64,000 nt of DNA, from contig JAUZRX010000024.1 of assembly GCA_030949985.1 (NCBI GenBank), positions 2,526-66,525 of the forward strand, given 5' to 3'. Positions 11,017-21,086 of the stretch are shown here, piece after piece. A program made the position numbers and the translations under genes. The DNA comes from Acidobacteriota bacterium (GTDB taxonomy: Bacteria > Acidobacteriota > Polarisedimenticolia > J045). Below the pieces are notes generated by a model. The model saw nothing but the letters and a program-made list of their open reading frames with translations. It had not been told where the DNA came from and searched no databases. Positions within the stretch are counted from its first letter, which is position 1. Each line of letters starts with the position of its first letter.

Positions 11017-11997
11017 ATGATCGAGACGGGTTTCCAAAAGCCGAAGTTCCTCGAGGTCGACCGCGCCAGCCTGACTGGCGAGTATGGCCTTTTTACCGCT
11101 CAGCCCTATGAAAAGGGATTCGGGACGACGATCGGCAACGCCCTGCGTCGGATCCTGCTCTCCTCGATCGAGGGAGCTGCTGTGACGGCGGTGAAGATCG
11201 AGGGGGTACTGCACGAATTCTCCTCGATTCCCGGAGTGATCGAGGATGTGACCGACATCATCCTCAACCTCAAGCGGATTCCGTTCCGGCTGCACATTCC
11301 CCGGGTGGAGACGGTGCGCATCAACGCCAAGGGCCCGAAGACGGTGACTGCCGGGGACATCGAAGCCGGCTCCAATATCGAGATTCTCGATCCGGACGCC
11401 GTCATCGCCACCCTCTCCGACGAGGGTGCTCTCGAAATGGAACTGAGGATCAAGCCGGGCCGGGGATACATTCCCGCCGACCTGAACATGGACGATGATC
11501 TGGCGCTGGGGTATATTCCGATCGACTCGGTCCATTCGCCCGTGCGGAGGGTGAACTATACCGTCGACCCGGCCCGTGTCGGTCGTTCGACAGACTATGA
11601 CAAGTTGATCCTGGAAGTGTGGACCGACGGCTCCATCGCACCGGTCGATGCTGTGGCGGCGGCGGCCAAGCTGCTCAAGGATCATCTTTCAATTTTCATC
11701 AATTTCGAGGACCGGGTCGAGGAAGACGACCAGCAGCAGGACACCGAGGACGAGAAGCTCCGCGAACACCTGGACCGCTCGATCGACGAGCTCGATCTGT
11801 CGGTACGCTCCTACAACTGCCTGAAGAACGCCGGAATCGAAACCGTGCGGGATCTGGTGCAGAAGACGGAGCCGGAGTTGCTCAAGACGAAGAATTTCGG
11901 GCGGAAGTCGCTGAACGAGATCAAGGAGATGATGGCCGACATGGGTCTCTCCCTGGGTATGCGACTCGGCGGCGGTGGCGCCGCAAACCAGGCCTGA
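11017..11997 (+). CDS. rpoA: DNA-directed RNA polymerase subunit alpha
   Basis: 326 aa; [20 protein letters not shown] and [49 protein letters not shown]. Confidence 0.95.
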   Translation: MIETGFQKPKFLEVDRASLTGEYGLFTAQPYEKGFGTTIGNALRRILLSSIEGAAVTAVKIEGVLHEFSSIPGVIEDVTDIILNLKRIPFRLHIPRVETVRINAKGPKTVTAGDIEAGSNIEILDPDAVIATLSDEGALEMELRIKPGRGYIPADLNMDDDLALGYIPIDSVHSPVRRVNYTVDPARVGRSTDYDKLILEVWTDGSIAPVDAVAAAAKLLKDHLSIFINFEDRVEEDDQQQDTEDEKLREHLDRSIDELDLSVRSYNCLKNAGIETVRDLVQKTEPELLKTKNFGRKSLNEIKEMMADMGLSLGMRLGGGGAANQA

Positions 11998-12016
11998 TGG
12001 CAGAGGTTGAGGATCG

Positions 12017-12385
12017 ATGAGACATCGCTGGGGATACAGGAAGCTCGGGAGAAAGTCGGAGCATCGCAGGGCGACCCTGCGTAACCTGGCTACCGCACTC
12101 TTCGTCCACGAGCGCATCACAACCACGCTGGCCAATGCCAAGGAACTGCGTTCCTACGCCGAGCGCCTGATCACCCGCGCGCGTAAGGACAGCGTTCATT
12201 CGCGGCGGATCGTGGCCAGGGAATTGCACAGCCGGACGGTCGTCAAGCATCTGTTTGACGAGATCGCTCCGCGTTTTGCGGATCGACCGGGCGGCTACAC
12301 GCGAATCATGAAGATGATGCCGCGACGTGGCGACAACGCCGAGATGGCGATCATCGAACTGGTCTCGCGCAAGGACGGTGAGTAG
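12017..12385 (+). CDS. rplQ: 50S ribosomal protein L17
   Basis: [45 protein letters not shown] canonical L17; last gene of alpha operon. Confidence 0.95.
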   Translation: [122 protein letters not shown]

Positions 12386-12471
12386 GTCATCTCCATGAGA
12401 GGCGTGATCCCGGCGTCGCCGGGGGGAGTAGAAACCGCCGTGGGCGGAAATCCGAGGCAGAAAAAGGGAGG

Positions 12472-12508
12472 GTCGCCCGCGGGCGGCCCTTTTTCTTGAT
12501 CCCATCAG
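12472..12508 (+). terminator. Rho-independent terminator after rplQ (A-tract, GC stem GGGTCGCCCGC/GCGGGCGGCCC, then TTTTTCTT)
   Basis: Seen in sequence: aaaaagggagGGTCGCCCGCGGGCGGCCCtttttctt, ~90 nt after rplQ stop. Confidence 0.55.
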
Positions 12509-12523
12509 GCTGAGAGGGCGGGG

Positions 12524-15500
12524 ATGTCGCGACGGACAGCAATAAAGAAAGTCCTTGTCATTGGATCCGGACCGATCGTGATCGGCCAGGCCTGTGAGTT
12601 CGACTACAGCGGCACACAGGCATGCAAGGCCTTGCAGGAAGAGGGCATCGAAGTCGTCCTGGTCAATTCGAACCCGGCGACAATCATGACTGATCCCGAA
12701 GTGGCGGAAAGAACATATGTGGAGCCGCTGACGGTCCCTTCCGTAAGGGGCATCATCGCGCGCGAACGACCGGACGCAGTGCTGGCGACCGTCGGAGGAC
12801 AGACCGCACTGAACCTGGCGGTGGACCTCGATGAGGCCGGCGTCTTCGAAGAGTTCGGGGTGCGGATGATCGGGGTCAACCGCAAGGCTGTCGAGGTTTG
12901 CGAAGATCGCGAGAAGTTCCTCGCTGCCGTGGCGGGCGTCGGGCTGGAAATGCCGCGGGGGCGTTTCGCGACAAACCTCGACGAGGCGCGGGAGATCCGT
13001 GACGCGATCGGGTTTCCGCTGGTGATTCGGCCGTCTTTTACGCTGGGTGGTAGCGGCGGGGGCATTGCCTGGAACGACGAGGAGTTGACCGCGATCGCCG
13101 GCCAGGGGATCGACCTGTCGCCGATCGGTCAGGTCCTGATCGAGGAGTCGATCATCGGCTGGAAGGAATATGAACTGGAGGTGATGCGTGACGAGGCGGA
13201 CAACGTCGTCATCATTTGCAGTATCGAAAACTTCGATGCGATGGGTGTGCACACGGGCGACTCGATCACCGTCGCGCCGGCCCAGACGTTGACCGACCGT
13301 GAATATCAGTTGATGCGTGACGCTGCGATTCGAATCATTCGTGCCGTCGGGGTGGAAACCGGGGGCAGTAACATCCAGTTCGCCATCGATCCGGAAAGCG
13401 GCAGAATGCTGGTTATCGAGATGAATCCGCGGGTCTCGAGGTCGTCGGCATTGGCCTCCAAGGCGACCGGATTTCCGATTGCGCGCATCGCCGCCAAACT
13501 TGCCATCGGTTACACCCTCGACGAGATACCCAACGACATCACCAGGGAAACGCCGGCAAGCTTCGAGCCTTCACTGGACTACGTCGTGGTCAAAGTCCCC
13601 CGGTGGGCGTTCGAGAAATTCCCGTCGACCGCCCCCGACCTCGGAACCCAGATGCGCTCGGTAGGCGAAGCGATGGCCATCGGGCGCACCTTTCCGGAGG
13701 CGCTGCAGAAGGCGTTGCGGAGCCTCGAGACCGGCCGCTTCGGGCTCGGCGGAGATGGGACCCAAGTCGTTGAACCGGCGCGCCTGAACGAACGCATGGC
13801 GACTCCGAACTGGCAGCGCTTGTTCTACATCAAGCATGCGTTGCTGGCCGGAGAGAGTGTCGAGCGAATTTCCCGGATCACGCGGGTCGACCCGTGGTTC
13901 CTCAAGCAAATCGAAGAGCTCGTCGGGGTGGAAGGCCGGCTGCGTGCGTTCCGTCTCGACAGCGTTCCCGAGGAATTGCTGCGACGTGCCAAGCGCTTCG
14001 GTTTTTCCGACAGGCAGCTGGCGGTTCTGCTCGACTCCAGGGAAGAAGACGTGCGGCGGCGGCGCTGGGATATCGGTCTGCGACCGGTGTTCAAGCGGGT
14101 GGACACTTGCGCGGCGGAGTTCGAGGCGCATACACCCTATCTCTACTCGACCTACGAAGACGAATGTGAGGCGGAGCCCACGGATCGGAAAAAGGTGATG
14201 GTTCTGGGCTCGGGGCCGAACCGGATCGGGCAGGGGATCGAGTTCGACTACTGCTGCTGTCATGCTTCTTTCGCGCTGCGTGAGGAAGGCGTCGAGTCGA
14301 TCATGGTCAACTGCAACCCGGAAACCGTGTCGACCGATTTCGATACATCGGATCGGCTCTACTTCGAACCGTTGAACCTGGAGGACGTGCTGGAGATCGT
14401 CCATCGGGAGCAGCCCGACGGCGTGATCGTCCAATTCGGCGGTCAGACCCCGCTCAAGTTGGCGCTGCCGCTCAAGGAGGCGGGTGTGCCGATCCTGGGC
14501 ACCTCGCCGGAGAGTATCGACCTGGCCGAGGACCGCGAGCGATTCGGTGCGCTGCTGGGCGAACTGGGGATCAAGGCCCCGGAGTGGGGCACAGCCCGGT
14601 CCCTCGAAGAAGCCCGGGACATCGCTCGTCGTATCGGCTTCCCCCTGCTGGTGCGGCCGTCATACGTTCTCGGCGGGCGCGCGATGTTCATCTGCTGGGA
14701 CGAGGAATCGCTGTCGGTGATGACGCGCAAGGCGGTCGAGGCCTCTCCGGAACATCCGGTACTGCTCGATCGTTTTCTCGAAGACGCATTCGAGATCGAT
14801 GTCGACGCGCTCTGCGACGGCGAGCAGGTGGTCGTCGGGGCGGTGATGCAGCATATCGAGGAGGCGGGAATCCACTCGGGGGACAGCGCCTGCGTGATCC
14901 CGCCCTACCACGAGACGGTGCGGCGGCACGAGGACGAGTTGCGGCGCATCACCCGGGAGCTGGCGTTGGCCTTGAATGTGCGGGGCCTGGTCAATATCCA
15001 GTTCGCGATCCGGGACGATACGGTCTACGTGCTGGAGGTCAATCCGAGGGCTTCCCGGACCGTACCCTTCGTCGCCAAGGCGACGGGGCTTCCGCTGGCC
15101 GCGCTGGCGACGCGGGTCATGCTGGGCCGGAGCCTCGAGGAGCTGGGCGTGCGCGAAAGGCAAGTGGAGGGCGCGGTGTTCATCAAGGAGCCCGTGCTGC
15201 CCTGGGCGCGTTTTCCCGGCGAGGATCCGGTGTTGGGGCCGGAGATGAAGTCCACCGGGGAGGTGATGGGCGTCGGCGTCGATTTCGGCGAGGCCTTTCT
15301 CAAGGCGCAGTGGGGGGCCGGTGAGGATCTGCCCACGGAAGGACGCGCCTTCCTTTCGGTGCACGACCGTGACAAGCCGGGTCTGCTGGCTGTGGCCCAG
15401 GACCTGGTCGAACTGGGTTTCGTATTGCTGGCCACGGCGGGCACCGCCGAGTTTCTCCGGGGCCACGGGCTCGAGGTGGAAACGGTGTTCAAGGTCAACG

Positions 15501-15745
15501 AGGGTCGTCCGCACGTGGTGGACCGGCTGCTCAGCGGCGATGTGCAGGTGGTGATCAACACGCCCCTCGGTGCACCCTCTTTCTACGACGAACGGGCGAT
15601 TCGACTCAGTGCTCTCCAGCGCCGGATCCCGTTGATCACGACCCTGACCGGCGCCGCTTCGGCGGTGAGGGCGATTCGTACGCGGCAGGCTCAGAATCTG
15701 AGCTTCCGCTGTCTGCAGGAACTCCATGCCCAGCGACCGGACTGA
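12524..15745 (+). CDS. carB: Carbamoyl-phosphate synthase large subunit
   Basis: 1073 aa; duplicated ATP-grasp halves ([26 protein letters not shown] and [25 protein letters not shown]), MGS-like C-term. Confidence 0.95.
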   Translation: MSRRTAIKKVLVIGSGPIVIGQACEFDYSGTQACKALQEEGIEVVLVNSNPATIMTDPEVAERTYVEPLTVPSVRGIIARERPDAVLATVGGQTALNLAVDLDEAGVFEEFGVRMIGVNRKAVEVCEDREKFLAAVAGVGLEMPRGRFATNLDEAREIRDAIGFPLVIRPSFTLGGSGGGIAWNDEELTAIAGQGIDLSPIGQVLIEESIIGWKEYELEVMRDEADNVVIICSIENFDAMGVHTGDSITVAPAQTLTDREYQLMRDAAIRIIRAVGVETGGSNIQFAIDPESGRMLVIEMNPRVSRSSALASKATGFPIARIAAKLAIGYTLDEIPNDITRETPASFEPSLDYVVVKVPRWAFEKFPSTAPDLGTQMRSVGEAMAIGRTFPEALQKALRSLETGRFGLGGDGTQVVEPARLNERMATPNWQRLFYIKHALLAGESVERISRITRVDPWFLKQIEELVGVEGRLRAFRLDSVPEELLRRAKRFGFSDRQLAVLLDSREEDVRRRRWDIGLRPVFKRVDTCAAEFEAHTPYLYSTYEDECEAEPTDRKKVMVLGSGPNRIGQGIEFDYCCCHASFALREEGVESIMVNCNPETVSTDFDTSDRLYFEPLNLEDVLEIVHREQPDGVIVQFGGQTPLKLALPLKEAGVPILGTSPESIDLAEDRERFGALLGELGIKAPEWGTARSLEEARDIARRIGFPLLVRPSYVLGGRAMFICWDEESLSVMTRKAVEASPEHPVLLDRFLEDAFEIDVDALCDGEQVVVGAVMQHIEEAGIHSGDSACVIPPYHETVRRHEDELRRITRELALALNVRGLVNIQFAIRDDTVYVLEVNPRASRTVPFVAKATGLPLAALATRVMLGRSLEELGVRERQVEGAVFIKEPVLPWARFPGEDPVLGPEMKSTGEVMGVGVDFGEAFLKAQWGAGEDLPTEGRAFLSVHDRDKPGLLAVAQDLVELGFVLLATAGTAEFLRGHGLEVETVFKVNEGRPHVVDRLLSGDVQVVINTPLGAPSFYDERAIRLSALQRRIPLITTLTGAASAVRAIRTRQAQNLSFRCLQELHAQRPD

Positions 15746-16400
15746 GCTCCCCCCCGGCGCTCGGCGGCTGCCGCGGCCTCCCGAGGTGCTGCTTTTCGAT
15801 CTCGACGGGGTGCTGGTGGAGACTTTCGACGCGTGGGTCGCGGTGCTCGACGCCTGCCGCCGGCATCGGGGTCTGGCGCCGTTGGGACCGGAACCGATCC
15901 GGCGCACCTGGGGCCAGGGAATTCTGGCGGACTGCCGTACTTTTTTCCCGGGTACGGACCCCGCGCGGCTGGCGCGGGAATACGACCAGGGCTTCGCCCG
16001 CCACCTGGAGAAGGTGAAACCAATGGCCGGTGTGGGGGCGTTGCTGACCCTGTTGCGGCGGCGAGGGATCCCCACGGCGGTGGTGACCAACTCGCCGGCG
16101 GCCATGACCCGACGCCTGCTGGCCGGCGTGCAGGCGGACGGGCGGCCGCTGGGAGAGTTCTTCGATGTCGTGGCCTGTGGAGACGAGGTGCAACGGGGAA
16201 AACCGGCACCGGAATTGCTCGAACTCGCCCTCGAACGGCTGGGGCACGGCGTCCCGGGTTCGGTGATGGTGGGGGATACGGACAACGATCGGTTGGCGGC
16301 GCAGGCGGCCGGTATCCCTTTCGTCGGATTTTGCATCTCTGGAGACGAGTGCGTGGAGTGCCTCGACCAGTTGGCGCCCCGGCTCGGTTTGAGCGAATAA
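15726..16400 (+). CDS. HAD-superfamily hydrolase (phosphoglycolate phosphatase-like)
   Basis: Motif [11 protein letters not shown], motif III K (RGKPAPE), motif [16 protein letters not shown]; overlaps carB 3' end by 20 nt. Confidence 0.7.
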   Translation: MPSDRTELPPGARRLPRPPEVLLFDLDGVLVETFDAWVAVLDACRRHRGLAPLGPEPIRRTWGQGILADCRTFFPGTDPARLAREYDQGFARHLEKVKPMAGVGALLTLLRRRGIPTAVVTNSPAAMTRRLLAGVQADGRPLGEFFDVVACGDEVQRGKPAPELLELALERLGHGVPGSVMVGDTDNDRLAAQAAGIPFVGFCISGDECVECLDQLAPRLGLSE

Positions 16401-16457
16401 TCTTCCTCGGTGCCGGTGGACCCTCCGCCCGGGAGGGCGCCGGTGGGAGCTGGAACC

Positions 16458-16670
16458 ATGCCGATCTACGAGTTTCAATGCAAGGAGTGCGGCGAGAGTC
16501 TCGAGGCGTTGCGGCGCATGGGTCAGGGAGCCGAAGGGCTGCAATGCCCTCGCTGCGGGAGCCATGAGCTGGTGCAGAAGCTCTCCTCCTTCGCCACCTC
16601 CGGCGGTGCCGCCCCGTCGTGCAGCACCTCGCCCACTTGCGGCGCCGGGGGCGGCGGCGGTGGTGGGTGA
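16458..16670 (+). CDS. FmdB-family zinc-ribbon protein with poly-Gly C-terminal tail
   Basis: MPIYEFQCKECGESLEALRRMGQGAEGLQCPRCGSHELVQ (CxxC-x17-CxxC) then ...CGAGGGGGGG; internal ATG of track ORF 16410. Confidence 0.6.
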   Translation: MPIYEFQCKECGESLEALRRMGQGAEGLQCPRCGSHELVQKLSSFATSGGAAPSCSTSPTCGAGGGGGGG

Positions 16671-16684
16671 GCCTTCTGACCTCG

Positions 16685-16701
16685 CGGGCTCGGTGAGCCC
16701 G
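16685..16701. terminator. Perfect 7-bp GC hairpin (CGGGCTC-GGT-GAGCCCG) between convergent genes
   Basis: Seen in sequence 14 nt after FmdB stop and 30 nt after the stop of the minus-strand regulator; no U-tract. Confidence 0.3.
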
Positions 16702-16732
16702 TAGATGGACAGGCTTCTCCGCCACGCGCTCT

Positions 16733-17824
16733 TCAAGCGGGCGGCCGGCAGAGGCTGAGCACGCCGTGCAGGGGGAGGGTGGTATCCCAGCGGGGATCCG
16801 CCGTACAGCGCCGCAAGACCAGCCTGCCGCGTCGTCGGAGGGCGCCGGCCTCGCTGCGATTTCCCTGGCGCAGGTAGAGTTCCGGCTGGTCGAGCAGGGC
16901 TGCGCCCCGGAGGGCCGGCAGAGCCAGTTCCCGGCTCAGGGCGATGGCCCGGCGCGACCACTTCAGCCCCTCACCGCATCGTCCGGCAAGTGCCGCGCAG
17001 CGGGCGGCCGTGCGCAGGGACTCGATGCGGACCGGAGTTTTCGGCGAGCCCATCTGCAGCGCGCGTCGGCCGAGGGTCCATGCCGCGCGGCGACGTCCCT
17101 GGCGACGATAGACCTCGGCACGCACCGTCGTGGCCAGGGCCGCCACATCGTCGTCAGTCGGCGCATCGTCCGCGGTGCCGATCGCTTCGGCCAGCTCGAG
17201 GGCCTGCTTTGAGTGCGCCGTCGCGAGATGGCTGATCGCGCCCACCAGGCGGGTGAGAGGATCCGGCCTGAGGCCTGCGACCAGCAGGCCCGCCACCGCG
17301 GCCTGTCCGCCCCCGATCTGGGCGGTGGCCAGGGCCAGCACGTCGCCCCGGGATGGGGCGGAGGGCAGGGCCAGGCGGAGTACGTGGCAGGCCGCGTTCC
17401 AGCGGCCGAGGGCGGCTTCGGCCCGGCCCCAGCTGCGCAGACTGGGGCGGTCGAGGGCGGGCTGGCTCCTGGCGTGCAGCGCTCGCAGCACCCGTGTGGC
17501 CCCGAGCAGATCGCCGGCCGCCAGTGCCTGACGCCACCGGACCCGTCCCCCCGCGCCCTCCAGAAGATCTTCATCGAGCAGGGCCGCCAGGCGTGCGGTG
17601 GTTTCTCCGACGCCCTCGCCCAGGGCGCGCAGCAGGCTGAGATAGCGGGAAAGAGTGATGTCGGCCTGGCCCGTTTCCACCCGGGAGAGATGGGAACGGG
17701 TGACACGGACGCCTTCGCCGCGGGTGGCCCGTTCCACGTCGTCGAGCGAGAGTCGGCCTTCAAGGCGGATGTGGCGCAGGGCGCGGCCGAGAGTTGAACG
17801 CAGGGTCTGCTGGCGGGGATGCAT
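16733..17824 (-). CDS. XRE-family HTH transcriptional regulator with ~280-aa helical (TPR-like) C-terminal domain
   Basis: N-terminus MHPRQQTLRSTLGRALRHIRLEGRLSLDDVERATRGEGVRVTRSHLSRVETGQADITLSRYLSLLRALG fits HTH_3; GGAGGA RBS before ATG at 17824 (track ORF extends to 17929); rest Ala/Leu/Arg-rich helical. Confidence 0.65.
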   Translation of the reverse strand: MHPRQQTLRSTLGRALRHIRLEGRLSLDDVERATRGEGVRVTRSHLSRVETGQADITLSRYLSLLRALGEGVGETTARLAALLDEDLLEGAGGRVRWRQALAAGDLLGATRVLRALHARSQPALDRPSLRSWGRAEAALGRWNAACHVLRLALPSAPSRGDVLALATAQIGGGQAAVAGLLVAGLRPDPLTRLVGAISHLATAHSKQALELAEAIGTADDAPTDDDVAALATTVRAEVYRRQGRRRAAWTLGRRALQMGSPKTPVRIESLRTAARCAALAGRCGEGLKWSRRAIALSRELALPALRGAALLDQPELYLRQGNRSEAGALRRRGRLVLRRCTADPRWDTTLPLHGVLSLCRPPA

Positions 17825-18019
17825 CGCGAGTCCTCCTTGAATATGTTTTTTCGGTAGCCCCAGAGTGCCCCCGACGGGGTAGGAAAGAAAAGGGCCCGGG
17901 GCGGAAAAAGGCGACGTGGGAGGCGACAACCGCGAAACCTCGCGCTGGAGCGTGTGTTTTTTGTTGCATCGCTGCGTCCCCGTTTTGGGAATTGCCCCCG
18001 AGAGCGGGGCGTCGGGGAC

Positions 18020-20992
18020 TCAGGCGGTGACGACGGCGATCCGGGCCCGCACCGCGGTCAGCTCTTCGAGCAGCGAGAAGACGCTTGCGGGGCGCTGATT
18101 GGGATCTTTCGAGAGCAGGCGTGTGACCAGTTCTTCCACCGGTTGCGGGATGCCTTCCCGGAATCGGGAAATCGGTGGCGGCGGCTCTTCGATTTGCAGC
18201 CGCAACACCTCCGCCACGTTGTCCGATGCGAAGGGTTCCCGGCCCGTGAGCAAAAAATAGGTCAGTACGCCGATGGCGTAGAGATCGGCGCGCTGGTCCG
18301 CGGCTTCGCCGCGGATCTGTTCCGGGGCCATGTAGGCCGGCGAGCCCATCACCAGTCCTTCGCGGGTCAGGTGCACGTCGCCCTGGCGGGCGATGCCGAA
18401 GTCCACCAGCCGGGGCCGCCCCTCCTGGTCGAGCAGGACGTTTTCAGGCTTGACGTCCCGGTGAACGATGCCCAAGCGGTGGGCGGCGGCCAGGCCCGAG
18501 GCCACGCCGGAGATGAACTCGAGCACCTGGCCGAGGGGAATGGGATGACGGTTGCCGGCCCACTGGCGCAGGTCCACTCCGTCGATGTACTCCATGACGA
18601 TGAAGCGCAGCTCGCGCCAGCGTTCGAAGGTGTGGACCCGCACGATGTTGGGATGGTTGATCTGGCGCGTGAGTCGGATTTCCTGGATGAAACGCTTTTC
18701 CACCGTCTCGCCGATGGGACCGGAGAGTACCTTCAGCGCAACGGGTTCCTCGAGCACCAGGTCCCGTGCGGCGAAGACCGTACCCATGCCGCCGCGCCCG
18801 ATTTCCCGGAGGATCTCGTAGCGGTTGGCCAGCAAGGCGCCGGGCAGCAGGTGGGTACCGTGCAACTCTTCGAGAAGCTGCTGGGCCGAGCCGAGCCGAT
18901 GGGAACGATCGGGAACCAGGCAGCCTCGCACCACGCGCTGGAGCAGGTCCGGGATCGGGTGGCCCGCCCGCTCCGGCAGCCGCGGGGCTTCGGCGCCGCG
19001 GGGCGGGGGAGGGAGCGTACCGGTGAGCATCTCCCAGGCCAGCACGCCCAGCAGATAGATATCCGAAGACGGGTCGCAGCGCTCACCGCGCAGGGACTCC
19101 GGGGAGCGGTAAGCGGCAGGGAGGGTCGGATCGTCCGAGTGACGCAGGCCGATGCCGAAGTCGATCAGTCGGGCCTCGAACGATGTGCTGATGATGATAT
19201 TTTCCGGTCGCAGGTTGCGGGCCAGCAGGCCCAGTCCGTGGGCGTAGTCCAGGGCCTCGGCCAGGCGTGTGATGACCTGGATCGATCGCGGAACGTCGAG
19301 GGGGCCTTCGCTGGACAGGATCTCCCGCAGGGACTTGCCGGCGACATGTTCCTCGACGACGAAGATTCCCGCCCCGTCCCGGCCCGCATCGTGAATCGCG
19401 GCGATCGCCGGGTGGTGCAGCCGCGCGATGCGGCGGATATCCGCAAGGATTCTCTCGGCTGCCGACTCGGTGGGAATCAGGGGGGGCGCGAAGCGGCGCA
19501 GGACGACCCGCCGCTCCATGGTGCTGTCGATGGCCAGGAAGGCCTGACCGGGAACGTAGCCCTCCAGCGGCCCCTCGATGGTGTAGCGGTCGGGGGAACT
19601 CGAGGCCGGCCCTGGCTGCTGGTCGATACGTCGTTCGATCTGGGCCAGTCGCTGGGAGGCATCCCGGTAGTTCAACTCGAGGGCCACCACGCGGCCGAGA
19701 GCCGTGGCTGCGTCCCGCAGCTTGCCGGTGCGCTCGAGTACGTTGGCCAGGCGGTACCAGCCCTCCGGATCCGGCTCCCGCTCCGGGTCCGCCAACCCCC
19801 GGCGATAGTGGTCCGCCGCCACCGAGTCCATGCCCAGCCGCTCGAAGAGTCGGCCCAGCCGCATGGCGGCAGCGGTGGCGTCCTCGCTGTCGGCCGCGAT
19901 TCCCTGGAGCACGCGCACCGCCGCGTCCACGTCACCGCAGCGCTCGTAGAGTTCGGAAGCGGTCAGCCGTTCTCCCGCTTCCTCGTAGGCCCTCGCCGCC
20001 TCCGCCAGCTGGCCGCAGGCCTCCAGGCAGCGTGCCGCGTCACGGACCGAACCCGCGTCGCGGAAATGGCGCGCGGCGTCGGCGTAGTCCCCGGCCCGCT
20101 CCATGGCCGCCGCCGCGGCGACGATGTCTCCGGCCGCTTCGTGGGCCCAGGCGGCCTCCGCCGAGCACCCCAGTTGTTCGAGGCAGCCCGCCGCCTGGCT
20201 GGGGTGTCCCGATTCCAGGTAGAGAGCCGCCGCCTCGGCCCAGCGCGAAGCGGCGCGGAAGGCCTCCGCCGCCAGTTCGGGGTCGATTTCACCGGGGTTG
20301 AGCTTCTCGGCGATCTCGGCGGCGCGTTCGTTTTCGCCCGCGGCGAGAAAGGCGCGGATGGCTCGCTCCGGTCGGTGGGCCCGGGCCCAGGCGGCGGCGG
20401 CGTCCCGTGAGCGGCCCGAGCGTTCGAGCCAGCGGGCCCCGCGGTCGGGAATGCCGCTGGCGAGAAACTGTTGCCCGAGCCGGGCCGCCAGGCCCAGCAC
20501 CTCTTTCTGGTCCACGCGGACGTTGCCCGAGCGCAACAGGCTCTCGAGGCAGCGCTCGGCCTTGTCCGGGCAGCGGGCCTCGATGAACAGCCGAGCGGCC
20601 CGAAGAAAATCGCCGGTGTGTTCGTAGAGCGTAGCCGCCGGCTCGGGATGTCCGAGTTGCTCGTGAATCTCGGCGGCCCGCCGGGCCTGGTTGGCCTGGA
20701 CGAAGAGGCGGGCGGCCCGCTCCCGGTCGCCGCAGCGGAGGGCCATCTCGGCGGCCTCGAGAGTCATGCCGCCCATCTCGTACTCCCGGGTCGCGGTGGC
20801 GTGTTCGCCGAGTTCCGAGGCGACCTGGCCGGCGAGGCGATGGTGGCGGCCTTTTTGGTACATTTTCAGCGCCTGGCTGAGTTCACCACCCAGCCGGTAG
20901 AGATCGCCCGCGGTGGAATAGTCTCCCCTCAGGGCGGCCCACCTGGCTTTTCTTGCCCATCCTCGCGCCATCATATGCTCGGGGAAGAACAT
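18020..20992 (-). CDS. Multidomain Ser/Thr protein kinase: N-terminal helical repeat array, pseudokinase domain, then active Hanks-type kinase domain
   Basis: C-terminal domain carries all catalytic motifs (GRGGMG, VALKVL, HRDVKPEN, DFG, APE). The preceding kinase-like domain has DFG but K->R (VVLRRF) and HRD->ARN. The N-terminal ~500 aa are ~19-20-aa repeats (GD..AA..Y/FE..G). Preferred start MFFPEH (GGAGATCC RBS) avoids overlap with the divergent gene; the track ORF extends to 21154. Confidence 0.8.
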   Translation of the reverse strand: MFFPEHMMARGWARKARWAALRGDYSTAGDLYRLGGELSQALKMYQKGRHHRLAGQVASELGEHATATREYEMGGMTLEAAEMALRCGDRERAARLFVQANQARRAAEIHEQLGHPEPAATLYEHTGDFLRAARLFIEARCPDKAERCLESLLRSGNVRVDQKEVLGLAARLGQQFLASGIPDRGARWLERSGRSRDAAAAWARAHRPERAIRAFLAAGENERAAEIAEKLNPGEIDPELAAEAFRAASRWAEAAALYLESGHPSQAAGCLEQLGCSAEAAWAHEAAGDIVAAAAAMERAGDYADAARHFRDAGSVRDAARCLEACGQLAEAARAYEEAGERLTASELYERCGDVDAAVRVLQGIAADSEDATAAAMRLGRLFERLGMDSVAADHYRRGLADPEREPDPEGWYRLANVLERTGKLRDAATALGRVVALELNYRDASQRLAQIERRIDQQPGPASSSPDRYTIEGPLEGYVPGQAFLAIDSTMERRVVLRRFAPPLIPTESAAERILADIRRIARLHHPAIAAIHDAGRDGAGIFVVEEHVAGKSLREILSSEGPLDVPRSIQVITRLAEALDYAHGLGLLARNLRPENIIISTSFEARLIDFGIGLRHSDDPTLPAAYRSPESLRGERCDPSSDIYLLGVLAWEMLTGTLPPPPRGAEAPRLPERAGHPIPDLLQRVVRGCLVPDRSHRLGSAQQLLEELHGTHLLPGALLANRYEILREIGRGGMGTVFAARDLVLEEPVALKVLSGPIGETVEKRFIQEIRLTRQINHPNIVRVHTFERWRELRFIVMEYIDGVDLRQWAGNRHPIPLGQVLEFISGVASGLAAAHRLGIVHRDVKPENVLLDQEGRPRLVDFGIARQGDVHLTREGLVMGSPAYMAPEQIRGEAADQRADLYAIGVLTYFLLTGREPFASDNVAEVLRLQIEEPPPPISRFREGIPQPVEELVTRLLSKDPNQRPASVFSLLEELTAVRARIAVVTA

Positions 20993-21086
20993 AGGATCTC
21001 CCCCCGCCGGGGGGCCACTACCGACTTCGGTCAGAAGTGCTGGTCTCGTGCTAGCTTGGGCGCCAGACTGGCAGAAGGAAGCCCAG

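Noticed and set aside
14660-16961. 599-aa, 441-aa and 344-aa minus-strand ORFs
   Set aside because: Antisense to carB and the HAD hydrolase; Pro/Arg/Ser-rich with no motifs
17954-20410. 818-aa plus-strand ORF
   Set aside because: Antisense to the kinase gene; no motifs, whereas the minus-strand product carries complete Hanks kinase motifs
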